13,729 bases of DNA from an uncultured bacterium. GTDB lineage: Bacteria; Lernaellota; Lernaellaia; Lernaellales; Lernaellaceae. Positions 7,443 through 13,729 of the stretch are shown here, in pieces (the first letter of the stretch is position 1; every line of letters starts with the position of its first letter). The position numbers and the translations under genes are program-made. The notes beneath the pieces are model-generated. The model saw nothing but the letters and a program-made list of their open reading frames with translations. It did no database searches and was not told the DNA's origin. The stretch covers positions 1-13,729 of the forward strand of contig CAZHPN010000163.1 in assembly GCA_964534375.1 (NCBI GenBank). Reading direction: 5' to 3'.

Positions 7443-8177
7443 CTATAGATGGAACTTCTCGCCCAGGTATATCTCCCGCGCTCTGGGCGAGGCGGCGATC
7501 GTCTGCGGATCGCCTTTTTCGAGAATCTTCCCTTGGTGAATAATGTAAGCACGGTCGCAAATATTCAGCGTTTCGCGGACGTTGTGATCGGTGATCAACA
7601 CCCCGATGCCGCGGTCGCGCAACTGCCCGACAATATTCTGGATTTCGTTCACGGCGATCGGGTCGATGCCCGCGAACGGCTCGTCCAGCAGCAAGAAGCG
7701 CGGCCTCGTCGCGAGCGCCCGGCTGATCTCCACCCGCCGCCGTTCGCCGCCGGACAAAGAGTACGCCATGTTGCCGCGAATATGGCCGACCCCCAGGTCT
7801 TGCAGCAGGCTTTCCAGCCGCTTTTCCTGATCTTCTTTCGAGATCGGCAGGGTCTCGAGAATGGCCTTGATGTTGTCCTCGACCGACAGCTTGCGGAAGA
7901 CCGACGGCTCCTGCGCCAAATAACTTATGCCGCGGCGCGCGCGCTGGTACATCGGCAGCCGCGTGATGTCCTCGTCGCCGAGCAGCACGCGGCCGCTGTC
8001 CGGCGTGTAGAGCCCGACGACCATGTAGAAGTTCGTCGTCTTGCCGGCGCCGTTCGGACCCAGCAAGCCGACCACTTCGCCCTGGCGCACATCGATGCTG
8101 CAGTCGGCGACGACCTGACGCCGGCGGAACGACTTGTTGAGGTTTTCTGTGCGGAGGACGATCTTCTCGTCGTTCAA
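7443..8177 (-). CDS. lptB: LPS export ABC transporter ATP-binding protein
   Basis: [65 protein letters not shown] and C-terminal YLGEKF. The TTG start overlaps the lptA stop. Confidence 0.97.
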   Translation of the reverse strand: MNDEKIVLRTENLNKSFRRRQVVADCSIDVRQGEVVGLLGPNGAGKTTNFYMVVGLYTPDSGRVLLGDEDITRLPMYQRARRGISYLAQEPSVFRKLSVEDNIKAILETLPISKEDQEKRLESLLQDLGVGHIRGNMAYSLSGGERRRVEISRALATRPRFLLLDEPFAGIDPIAVNEIQNIVGQLRDRGIGVLITDHNVRETLNICDRAYIIHQGKILEKGDPQTIAASPRAREIYLGEKFHL

Positions 8178-8977
8178 GGCAAAACCCTTCCGCTGGCTGG
8201 CGCCGGAGCGCCGGGGACCGCCACCGGCGCGGGCGTCGGCTGGCGCGCGTTGTCGGTGTCCGACCCGGCGTCGCTCTCGTCCGGGGCCGCCGGTTTCGGC
8301 TGGCCGGGGGCCGGCTTGGGCACGGTTTTCGGCGTCACCGTCACGCCAACCCGGCCGCCGGCCGTGCCCCGGGCTTCGACCGCGTTCGTGTCGGTATGCA
8401 CCACAATGACCGCCCCGCGCATCACGTTCTCGCCTTGCGTAACCACGGAATCGCCCGACAGCGTAATCGTGTCTTTATCCTGGTCGAACTCGGCCCGCTC
8501 GCAGGTCGCCTTGCGGTCGCCCTGGACGATCTGAACCCGCCCGAGGGCGATCAACCGTTCGATGCCCCCGTTTTCCGGCAGTTGATTGGCGGCTGACGCG
8601 CCCGGGGCGGGCTTGGCGGGCGCCGATTTGGTCGGCGTCGGCCGGGCGGGCGGGGCCGTCGCGGGCGAACCCGGCGCCGCGCCCGGCGACTGTTGCCCGG
8701 CTTTGTAGTGGATCAACAAGATGTCGCTGTTGAGCGTCGCGTCGTCCTGCGTGGCCACGACGTTGCCTTCGAACCGCACGACTCGCGTTTCGTTGTCGAC
8801 TTCCAGCCGGTTGGACTGAATATTGATCGGCTTGGTGGAATCGAATTGCGGCGCCGACAGGCTGCCAGGTTGCGGCGTCGGCGTGGCCTGCGCCTGCGCC
8901 GGCCGGGGCGCGCCGGCCAGGAAAAGCGCGGCCACGAGAGCCGCCAGGACGATCAATGAGCGGTCGCGGCCTGCCAC
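8174..8977 (-). CDS. lptA: LPS transport periplasmic protein LptA with Pro/Ala-rich insertion and tail, ~267 aa
   Basis: Signal peptide ([22 protein letters not shown]) and OstA-like [12 protein letters not shown]...[15 protein letters not shown] and A.G.V.I.Q....A...A.......I.L.G...V.QG.N...G..I. The GTG start at 8977 has GAGG 7 nt upstream. The 579-aa ORF-track version is an upstream over-extension. Confidence 0.88.
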   Translation of the reverse strand: MAGRDRSLIVLAALVAALFLAGAPRPAQAQATPTPQPGSLSAPQFDSTKPINIQSNRLEVDNETRVVRFEGNVVATQDDATLNSDILLIHYKAGQQSPGAAPGSPATAPPARPTPTKSAPAKPAPGASAANQLPENGGIERLIALGRVQIVQGDRKATCERAEFDQDKDTITLSGDSVVTQGENVMRGAVIVVHTDTNAVEARGTAGGRVGVTVTPKTVPKPAPGQPKPAAPDESDAGSDTDNARQPTPAPVAVPGAPAPASGRVLP

Positions 8978-9522
8978 AGCGTCGCCTCGACTTGTTGGTG
9001 GATTTGAAACTTCTGAATCGTGATGTCGGCGTCGGCGCCGATTCCTTGCACGGTGTAGTTCGGCCCCTCGAACAAGACGGCCTGGTCGGTGTGCAACTGC
9101 TTCGCTTTGGAGTCGAATTCCAGTCGCGGCGTGTGCAGCAGGACGCCGTCGTCGGTGCGGCAGAGCACGTTGCCGGTGAGGACGCCGCGGCTGGTGTTCA
9201 GATCCATGCTGCCGCGTTCGCTGTTCGTCGCCAACGTGCGCGATTGATCGTAAAAACGCCCGTCGACGTGCTCGAAATCCATGTAAGCGCGGTCGTTGTA
9301 GTAGTCCGCGTGTTTGGCGTTGATCTGCCCCTGCGGCTCGCCGGAAACCGTGCGAATGTAGACCAGATCCTCCATCTGGCCGAACGGCACGCTTTCGGGT
9401 TGCGCATCCGGCGGACGGGTGTCGGGCTTGGGTTCGCTCACAACCAGCCAGAGGATCAGGAGGGCCGCCACGCCGAACAACCCGAACGAAATACTGAGGC
9501 GTTTGAAGGGCTTCTTTCTCAT
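8953..9522 (-). CDS. lptC: LPS export ABC transporter periplasmic protein LptC, 189 aa
   Basis: Basic N-terminus plus a single TM helix (ISFGLFGVAALLILWLVV), and beta-jellyroll motifs LTGNV....DG..L.T..L.FD.....L.TDQ.V...G......G.G...D. Lies upstream of lptA/lptB. Confidence 0.88.
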   Translation of the reverse strand: MRKKPFKRLSISFGLFGVAALLILWLVVSEPKPDTRPPDAQPESVPFGQMEDLVYIRTVSGEPQGQINAKHADYYNDRAYMDFEHVDGRFYDQSRTLATNSERGSMDLNTSRGVLTGNVLCRTDDGVLLHTPRLEFDSKAKQLHTDQAVLFEGPNYTVQGIGADADITIQKFQIHQQVEATLWQAATAH

Positions 9523-9531
9523 ATGAGGGGG

Positions 9532-9552
9532 AGTATAGCACGATTCGTGCCA
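9532..9552 (-). promoter_or_regulatory. Sigma-54 -24/-12 site overlapping an extended -10 sigma-70-type element upstream of lptC
   Basis: Minus strand reads TTGGCACGAATCGTGCTATACTCCCCCTCAT-ATG. It contains TGGCACG-N4-GTGCT (GG-N10-GC, 9537-9552) and TG-C-TATACT (9532-9540). Confidence 0.7.
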
Positions 9553-9680
9553 ACGCAATAGTTTTTCTTTTCGCGTCTTTTTGGCCTGCCGGCGCGCTTG
9601 ACGCGGACGCCGCGTCCGGCGATGCTCGCGGCCTGTTGTTTCTGCACGCTTTTTCGACCGGACCAGAGGAGAGAATTGCC

Positions 9681-11753
9681 ATGCTGCGCCGCACGCTATT
9701 CGCGTTCGTTTTGGTCGCGACCTTTTTCGCCGCCGGGGCGTCGTTCGCCGATGAGGGGATGTGGACCTTCGACAGCCCGCCGTTGGAGAAAATCCAGAAA
9801 GCGTACGGCGTGACGCTGACGCCGCAGTGGCTCGACCATGTGCGGCTCTCGTCGGTGCGCCTGAATTTCGGCTCGGCCTCGTTTGTGTCGCCCAACGGCT
9901 TGATCGCGACCAACCATCACGTGGCGGCGAAGTGCGTGCAGGACCTCTCGACCGAGAAGACCAACTACCTGGCGCTCGGCTACGGCGTACGGACCAAACT
10001 GCCTGAAAAAAAGTGCCCGGGCATGGAGGCGCTGACGCTCGTGGGCTACGACGATGTGACCCACACCGTTCAGGCCGCGATTCCCGCGACGGCGAGCGAC
10101 GCCGAGGCGGCGAAGGCGCGCCGGGCGGCGCTGGCGCGGCTCGAAAAGGAGTGCAAGGACAAGACGGGCCTGACGTGCGAAGCGGTGACGATGCACGGCG
10201 GCGGTCAATACTGGATCTACCGCTACCAGACCTACCGCGACGTCCGGCTGGTCTTCGCGCCCGAAATGGAACTGGCGTTTTTCGGCGGCGATCCGGACAA
10301 CTTCAACTACCCGCGTTTTTGCCTCGATTTCGCCTTCCTGCGCGCGTACGACGATCACGGCCAGCCGGCCCGGACGCCGAATTTTCTGACGCCCAAACTG
10401 CGCGGCGTCAAAGAGGGCGACCCGATTTTCATCTCCGGCCACCCCGGGTCCAGCCAGCGTTTTTACACGGTGGCGCAACTCGAATTCTTCCGCGACGTTT
10501 CGTACCCGTGGCGGCTCGCCCGCTGGCGGCGCCTGGACCAGCGGCTGACGGCGTACGCGCAAAAAAGCCCGGAAAACGCGCGGCGGGCGATGTCGACGCA
10601 GTTCTATATCCAGAATTCGATCAAGGCGTACAAGGGCAATCTCGCGGGGCTGAACGACGCCAAGCTGCTGGCCGCCAAGCGGGCCGAAGAGGATGCGCTC
10701 CGCCGCCGGGTCGAGGCGGACCCGAAGCTGGCGCAACTCGCGGGCGGCGCCTGGGACCAAATCGCGCGCGTGCAGAAAATTTACGCCCAGTTCGCCGTGC
10801 GCCTCCGGCTGCTGCATTACACCCCGAGCCGCCTGCTGAGCGTGGCGTCGGATATCGTGCGCCTCGGCGCGGAACTGCCCAAACCCAACGACCAGCGGTT
10901 CGAGGAATACCAGGATTCCAATCTCGACACTTTGTATGACGAGTTGTACGCCGACGAGCCGGTCTACGCCGATCTCGAAGAAGTGCTGGTCGGCGATTTC
11001 CTGGCCGAGATGGTCGCCGCGTTCGGCGCCGACGACCCGGCCACGAAGGCGGTCCTCCGGGGCCGGACGCCGGCCGAGGTGGCGCACGAAGTCGTCGCCG
11101 GCAGCAAGCTGTACGCCCCGGCCGACCGGAAGAAACTGGTCGAGGGCGGCGCCAAGGCCGTTGCGGCGTCCGACGACCCGGCGATCCTCGTCGCGGCGGC
11201 GCTCGACCCGTATTACCGGGCGCTGCGCAAACGTTATGAGGACGAGGTGAAGATCGTCGAGGAGCGCGCTGGGCAGAAGATCGCGCAGGCGCGGTTCGCC
11301 GCCGGCGGCAACAGCGTCTACCCCGACGCGACGTTCACCCTGCGGCTCTCGTACGGGCACGCCGCCGGCTACGAGTCGGGCGCCTACGCGACGCCCTACC
11401 GCACGACGTTCTACGGCCTGTTCAACCGTTATTTCAGCTTCGACGGCCGCTCGCCGTTCAGCCTGCCGGCGGGCTGGGTGGAGCGCGCGGGCAAACTCGA
11501 CTTGGCGACGACGTTCGACATGGTCGACACGGCGGAAACATTCGGCGGCAACTCCGGCAGCCCGGAGATCGACAAAGACGGCCGGCTGATCGGCTTGGTT
11601 TTCGACGGCAACATCGAATCGCTGGCGATCGAATTCATTTACGATGATGTGGCGGCCCGTTCGGTGTCGGTCAGCGTCGATGCGATTGCCGAGGCGTTGC
11701 GCAAGGTGTACGGGCGGGACGATCTGGCGACGGAATTTCTGGGCGGGGAATAG
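9681..11753 (+). CDS. S46 family dipeptidyl peptidase (DPP7/DAP BII-like), secreted, 690 aa
   Basis: RBS GAGGAG upstream of ATG 9681. Signal peptide then ADEGMW, SASFVS.NGL..TNHH (His), FGGD.DNF.YPR..LDF.F.RAY (Asp), YPDA.FTLRLSYG, GGNSGSP (Ser) and L.FDGN. Confidence 0.95.
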   Translation: MLRRTLFAFVLVATFFAAGASFADEGMWTFDSPPLEKIQKAYGVTLTPQWLDHVRLSSVRLNFGSASFVSPNGLIATNHHVAAKCVQDLSTEKTNYLALGYGVRTKLPEKKCPGMEALTLVGYDDVTHTVQAAIPATASDAEAAKARRAALARLEKECKDKTGLTCEAVTMHGGGQYWIYRYQTYRDVRLVFAPEMELAFFGGDPDNFNYPRFCLDFAFLRAYDDHGQPARTPNFLTPKLRGVKEGDPIFISGHPGSSQRFYTVAQLEFFRDVSYPWRLARWRRLDQRLTAYAQKSPENARRAMSTQFYIQNSIKAYKGNLAGLNDAKLLAAKRAEEDALRRRVEADPKLAQLAGGAWDQIARVQKIYAQFAVRLRLLHYTPSRLLSVASDIVRLGAELPKPNDQRFEEYQDSNLDTLYDELYADEPVYADLEEVLVGDFLAEMVAAFGADDPATKAVLRGRTPAEVAHEVVAGSKLYAPADRKKLVEGGAKAVAASDDPAILVAAALDPYYRALRKRYEDEVKIVEERAGQKIAQARFAAGGNSVYPDATFTLRLSYGHAAGYESGAYATPYRTTFYGLFNRYFSFDGRSPFSLPAGWVERAGKLDLATTFDMVDTAETFGGNSGSPEIDKDGRLIGLVFDGNIESLAIEFIYDDVAARSVSVSVDAIAEALRKVYGRDDLATEFLGGE

Positions 11754-11794
11754 AGGTTCGGCGCCGCGGCCGTTCCGGCCTGTACGGGCGATGC

Positions 11795-12037
11795 TTGCCA
11801 TCGCCCCGAGGGCGAACGCCAGGTTCGCCCTTGCATGGCCCGCAACGTGAAAGTCGAGAGCCGGGCCGCTACGACGCCGATGTCTACCAAAACTATCGGG
11901 ACAACGCCGGGTCGATGCAACCGGACGCGGAATACGAAGTCGACGTCCCGGCGACAGGCCCGGCGTCGCTGCAGATTCCCGTGTACCGCGACGCCGTGGC
12001 CTTTGTCGAACTGCAGCCGATTCCCGACGGACGCTAG
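11795..12037 (+). pseudogene. Probable 3' remnant of a degraded gene
   Basis: From about 11868 the frame reads protein-like with high GC3 (GRYDADVYQNYRDNAGSMQPDAEYEVDVPATGPASLQIPVYRDAVAFVELQPIPDGR*). There is no credible start or RBS, and the upstream part looks frameshifted. Confidence 0.4.
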
Positions 12038-12047
12038 ATTCCCGGCT

Positions 12048-12392
12048 CTATTCGGGAGAGATGAACGGCGCGATTTGCGGGATCAATTCCGGAATGCGTT
12101 CGCGCGCTACGGCCCAAATAAATTCATGTCGAATATCGTCGTATTCGTGCGCCAAAACATTGCGTTGGCGGATGATTTGGCGCCATGGGATTTCCGGGTG
12201 CCGAATTTTGAAGCCGTCCGAGACACGGCGCGCGGCTTCGCCGAGGATCTCGATCGAGCGCTCGACGGCCCGTTGGCGCATCGGCTCGCGCACGTATTGC
12301 TCGAAAGCGACGCCGTTGGTGAATTCCAAAACCGCTTGCGCCGCGTCATGCATATCCCAAAGATAGGCTAGGTCGCGTTCCTCAGGCCGCAT
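12048..12392 (-). CDS. HepT-like HEPN ribonuclease toxin (DUF86)
   Basis: 114 aa. RD..YL.DM, AVER.IEILGEAA, HPEIPW..I...RNVLAHEY (RX4HXY) and C-terminal IW...IP.L. Overlaps the upstream MNT gene by 11 nt. Confidence 0.93.
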   Translation of the reverse strand: MRPEERDLAYLWDMHDAAQAVLEFTNGVAFEQYVREPMRQRAVERSIEILGEAARRVSDGFKIRHPEIPWRQIIRQRNVLAHEYDDIRHEFIWAVARERIPELIPQIAPFISPE

Positions 12393-12684
12393 AGATAATT
12401 TCGGCTTCGCGCAGGATCGCGCGACGGCGGAAGGGGTTGCGCAGGCCGCTCTTCACGACTAAGTCGACCTTGCGACCGAAAATGGCGGTGAGTTCGTCGT
12501 TCATGTCAACGAGGTCATAAAGGGTCCAGCCGTGGCCGGAAGCGAACGTGACGAGCAAATCGACGTCGCTATCGTCGTTGAAATCGCCGCGGGCCATCGA
12601 ACCGAAGACCGCCAACTCGACGATCTTCCAGCGACGGCAGAAGTCGCGGACTGCGGCGGCGGAACCGGCGGTCAAAATATCCAC
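12382..12684 (-). CDS. MntA-like minimal nucleotidyltransferase antitoxin
   Basis: AVFGSMARGDFNDDSDVDLLV (GSX10DXD) and L..IFGRKVDLV....L.NP.RR..IL. GTG 12684 has GGAGG 5 nt upstream (the ORF track uses TTG 12696). Confidence 0.93.
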   Translation of the reverse strand: MDILTAGSAAAVRDFCRRWKIVELAVFGSMARGDFNDDSDVDLLVTFASGHGWTLYDLVDMNDELTAIFGRKVDLVVKSGLRNPFRRRAILREAEIIYAA

Positions 12685-12711
12685 GCTCGCCTCCAACTTC
12701 GATCAAAGTAA

Positions 12712-12740
12712 ATTATGGCCAACGCCGGCAGATCCCGCAA
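12712..12740 (-). promoter_or_regulatory. Sigma-70-type promoter of the MNT-HEPN operon
   Basis: Minus strand TTGCGG-N17-CATAAT, 27 nt upstream of the GTG start. Confidence 0.6.
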
Positions 12741-12834
12741 GGCCGACATCGACGACCGGCTGGCGGCGCGAAGAATTCTTTTGAATTTGACCCACAGAGC
12801 CGCAGAGTTCTTAGCGCGGCAGGGCCGCAACTAA

Positions 12835-12869
12835 ATTTCGGATTGCGAATTTCGGATTGCGAATTGCGG
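12835..12869. repeat. 7-bp tandem array ATT(T/G)CG(G/A) x5
   Basis: ATTTCGG ATTGCGA ATTTCGG ATTGCGA ATTGCGG. Confidence 0.9.
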
Positions 12870-12936
12870 AATGAACCGGCGAAGAGCCTGCGTGGTTTTA
12901 TTGTGCCCCGTTGGCGAACGGGTATGGCGCTGAAAA

Positions 12937-12981
12937 TCCCATAAGTCCCATTGGTCCCATAAGTCCCATGATTCCCAGCGC
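12937..12981. repeat. 9-bp tandem array TCCCATNNN x4-5
   Basis: TCCCATAAG TCCCATTGG TCCCATAAG TCCCATGAT TCCCAGCGC. Same unit family as 5239-5361. Confidence 0.9.
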
Positions 12982-13060
12982 AACAACGGCGCCGCGAAAA
13001 TCTTGGCGCAGAAACAAGAAACCGATCGTTGGTAGTCCAGGGTTCGCGCAGAGAAAGCCG

Positions 13061-13114
13061 GGGCGTTTCGTGACGCCCGCGCGCGAAGGCGATCGCGAGC
13101 GCACGAAACGACCC
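13061..13114. repeat. Long imperfect hairpin
   Basis: GGG-CGTTTCGTG (13061-13072) pairs with CACGAAACG-A-CCC (13102-13114), with further CGC/GCG and CGCG/CGCG pairing inside. Confidence 0.6.
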
Positions 13115-13153
13115 ACCGCGCTCTCTGTCTTGGTTCAGCCGTGCGCAAGACGC

Positions 13154-13199
13154 TTGACGTGGTCCGCTTGGAATCCCATAATATGGTCACGATATGGTT
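13154..13199 (+). promoter_or_regulatory. Sigma-70-type promoter and putative autorepression operator of the Phd-RelE/ParE operon
   Basis: TTGACG (13154-13159)-N17-CATAAT (13177-13182). Palindrome CCATA-A-TATGG (13176-13186) covers the -10. ATATGGT is repeated at 13181 and 13192. Confidence 0.7.
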
Positions 13200-13214
13200 C
13201 CGAAAGGAGACTCC

Positions 13215-13505
13215 ATGCGCAGCATGCAAATGAACGAAGACGTCGTCCCAGCCAAGGAATTCAAGGCCAAGCTCTCTTCGTGGCTGCGGCACGTCGCGAA
13301 AAACCGGCGGCCGCTGCTCATCACGCTCAACGGCCGCCCCGCCGGCGTTTTGCTCGATCCCCGTGATTTCGACGAGGCGCAGGAAAACGCGCGGTTCATC
13401 GGCGCCGTCAAAGCGGGCCTCGACGACGCCGACGCCGGCCGTTTCGTGTCCGAGCAGGAACTCGACGCGGCAGTCGACGCCGCGATCCGCAAAGCCGGCA
13501 AGTGA
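13215..13505 (+). CDS. Phd/YefM family antitoxin, 96 aa
   Basis: RBS AAAGGAG 6 nt before ATG 13215. VPAKEFKAKLS..LR.V.....PLLITLNGRPAGVLL..., with an acidic C-terminus containing GL.DADAGR.VS. Confidence 0.92.
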   Translation: MRSMQMNEDVVPAKEFKAKLSSWLRHVAKNRRPLLITLNGRPAGVLLDPRDFDEAQENARFIGAVKAGLDDADAGRFVSEQELDAAVDAAIRKAGK

Positions 13506-13729
13506 AGGTCCGCTGGACTCGCCGCGCCGCGCTCGATCTGGCCGACGTCGCCGGCTTTATCGCAGCCGACAATCCGCCGGCCGCCGTCGCCGTCGTGCGC
13601 AAAATCAAAACCGCCGCCAACAAGGCCGGCCGCTTGCCCCGCCGCGGCCGCGTCGTGCCCGAATTGGGAGCCGACGACATCCGCGAACTCAGCGTCGGCC
13701 ATTACCGAATCGTTTATCGTCTCGCCGCA
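13502..13729 (+). CDS. RelE/ParE family toxin (3' truncated by window edge; not in ORF track)
   Basis: The GTG start overlaps the antitoxin stop (GTGA). It translates as MKVRWTRRAALDLADVAGFIAADNPPAAVAVVRKIKTAANKAGRLPRRGRVVPELGADDIRELSVGHYRIVYRLAA..., with the typical W..A..DL..I..DNP.AA and P..GR.VPE.....RE.....YRIVYR patterns. Confidence 0.92.
   Translation, partial: MKVRWTRRAALDLADVAGFIAADNPPAAVAVVRKIKTAANKAGRLPRRGRVVPELGADDIRELSVGHYRIVYRLAA

Noticed and set aside
9536..9551. Sigma-54 promoter on the plus strand for the peptidase (mirror of the palindrome)
   Set aside because: The plus strand reads TAGCAC..., lacking the invariant GG at -24.
9696..11801. 701-aa minus-strand ORF
   Set aside because: Antisense mirror of the S46 peptidase with no recognisable motifs.
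5239..12981. Short repeat arrays as a possible CRISPR array
   Set aside because: Units are 7-9 bp, contiguous, with no unique spacers. No cas genes are present.
12831..13292. 153-aa ORF with WESWDLWDQWDLWDF and FAIRNSQSEI repeats (also 12898-13116 and 12911-13366)
   Set aside because: The periodic peptides are just translations of the 9-mer and 7-mer DNA arrays. The ORFs lie in the repeat mosaic, the longer ones overlap the TA promoter and antitoxin, and none has a credible RBS.

Overview
High-GC bacterial DNA, most likely a diderm of the deltaproteobacterial/Myxococcota-like type (inferred from gene order and protein types). Most of the window is a minus-strand housekeeping operon: lptC-lptA-lptB-rpoN-hpf-hprK-rapZ-EIIA(Man)-HPr-EI (9522->883). 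It forms a regulatory, non-transport PTS and lacks the usual ptsN. To its left is the 3' end of a sulfatase/LTA-synthase-like gene. To its right are a divergent secreted S46 dipeptidyl peptidase, a probable gene remnant, and two divergent toxin-antitoxin modules (MntA/HepT and Phd/YefM + RelE/ParE; the toxin runs off the window and is missing from the ORF track). The genes are largely ordinary. The unexplained structure is intergenic. (1) A nested mosaic of short tandem arrays (7-mer, 9-mer, CRCAGAG) and hairpins lies between the two TA modules. (2) The same 9-mer family recurs as an inverted, gene-less array pair where ptsN normally sits. (3) A ~305-bp element with terminal inverted repeats holds two copies of a REP-like hairpin, one with a 24-nt insertion in its loop. 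(4) A palindromic sigma-54 site overlaps an extended -10 element at the head of the operon that encodes sigma-54.
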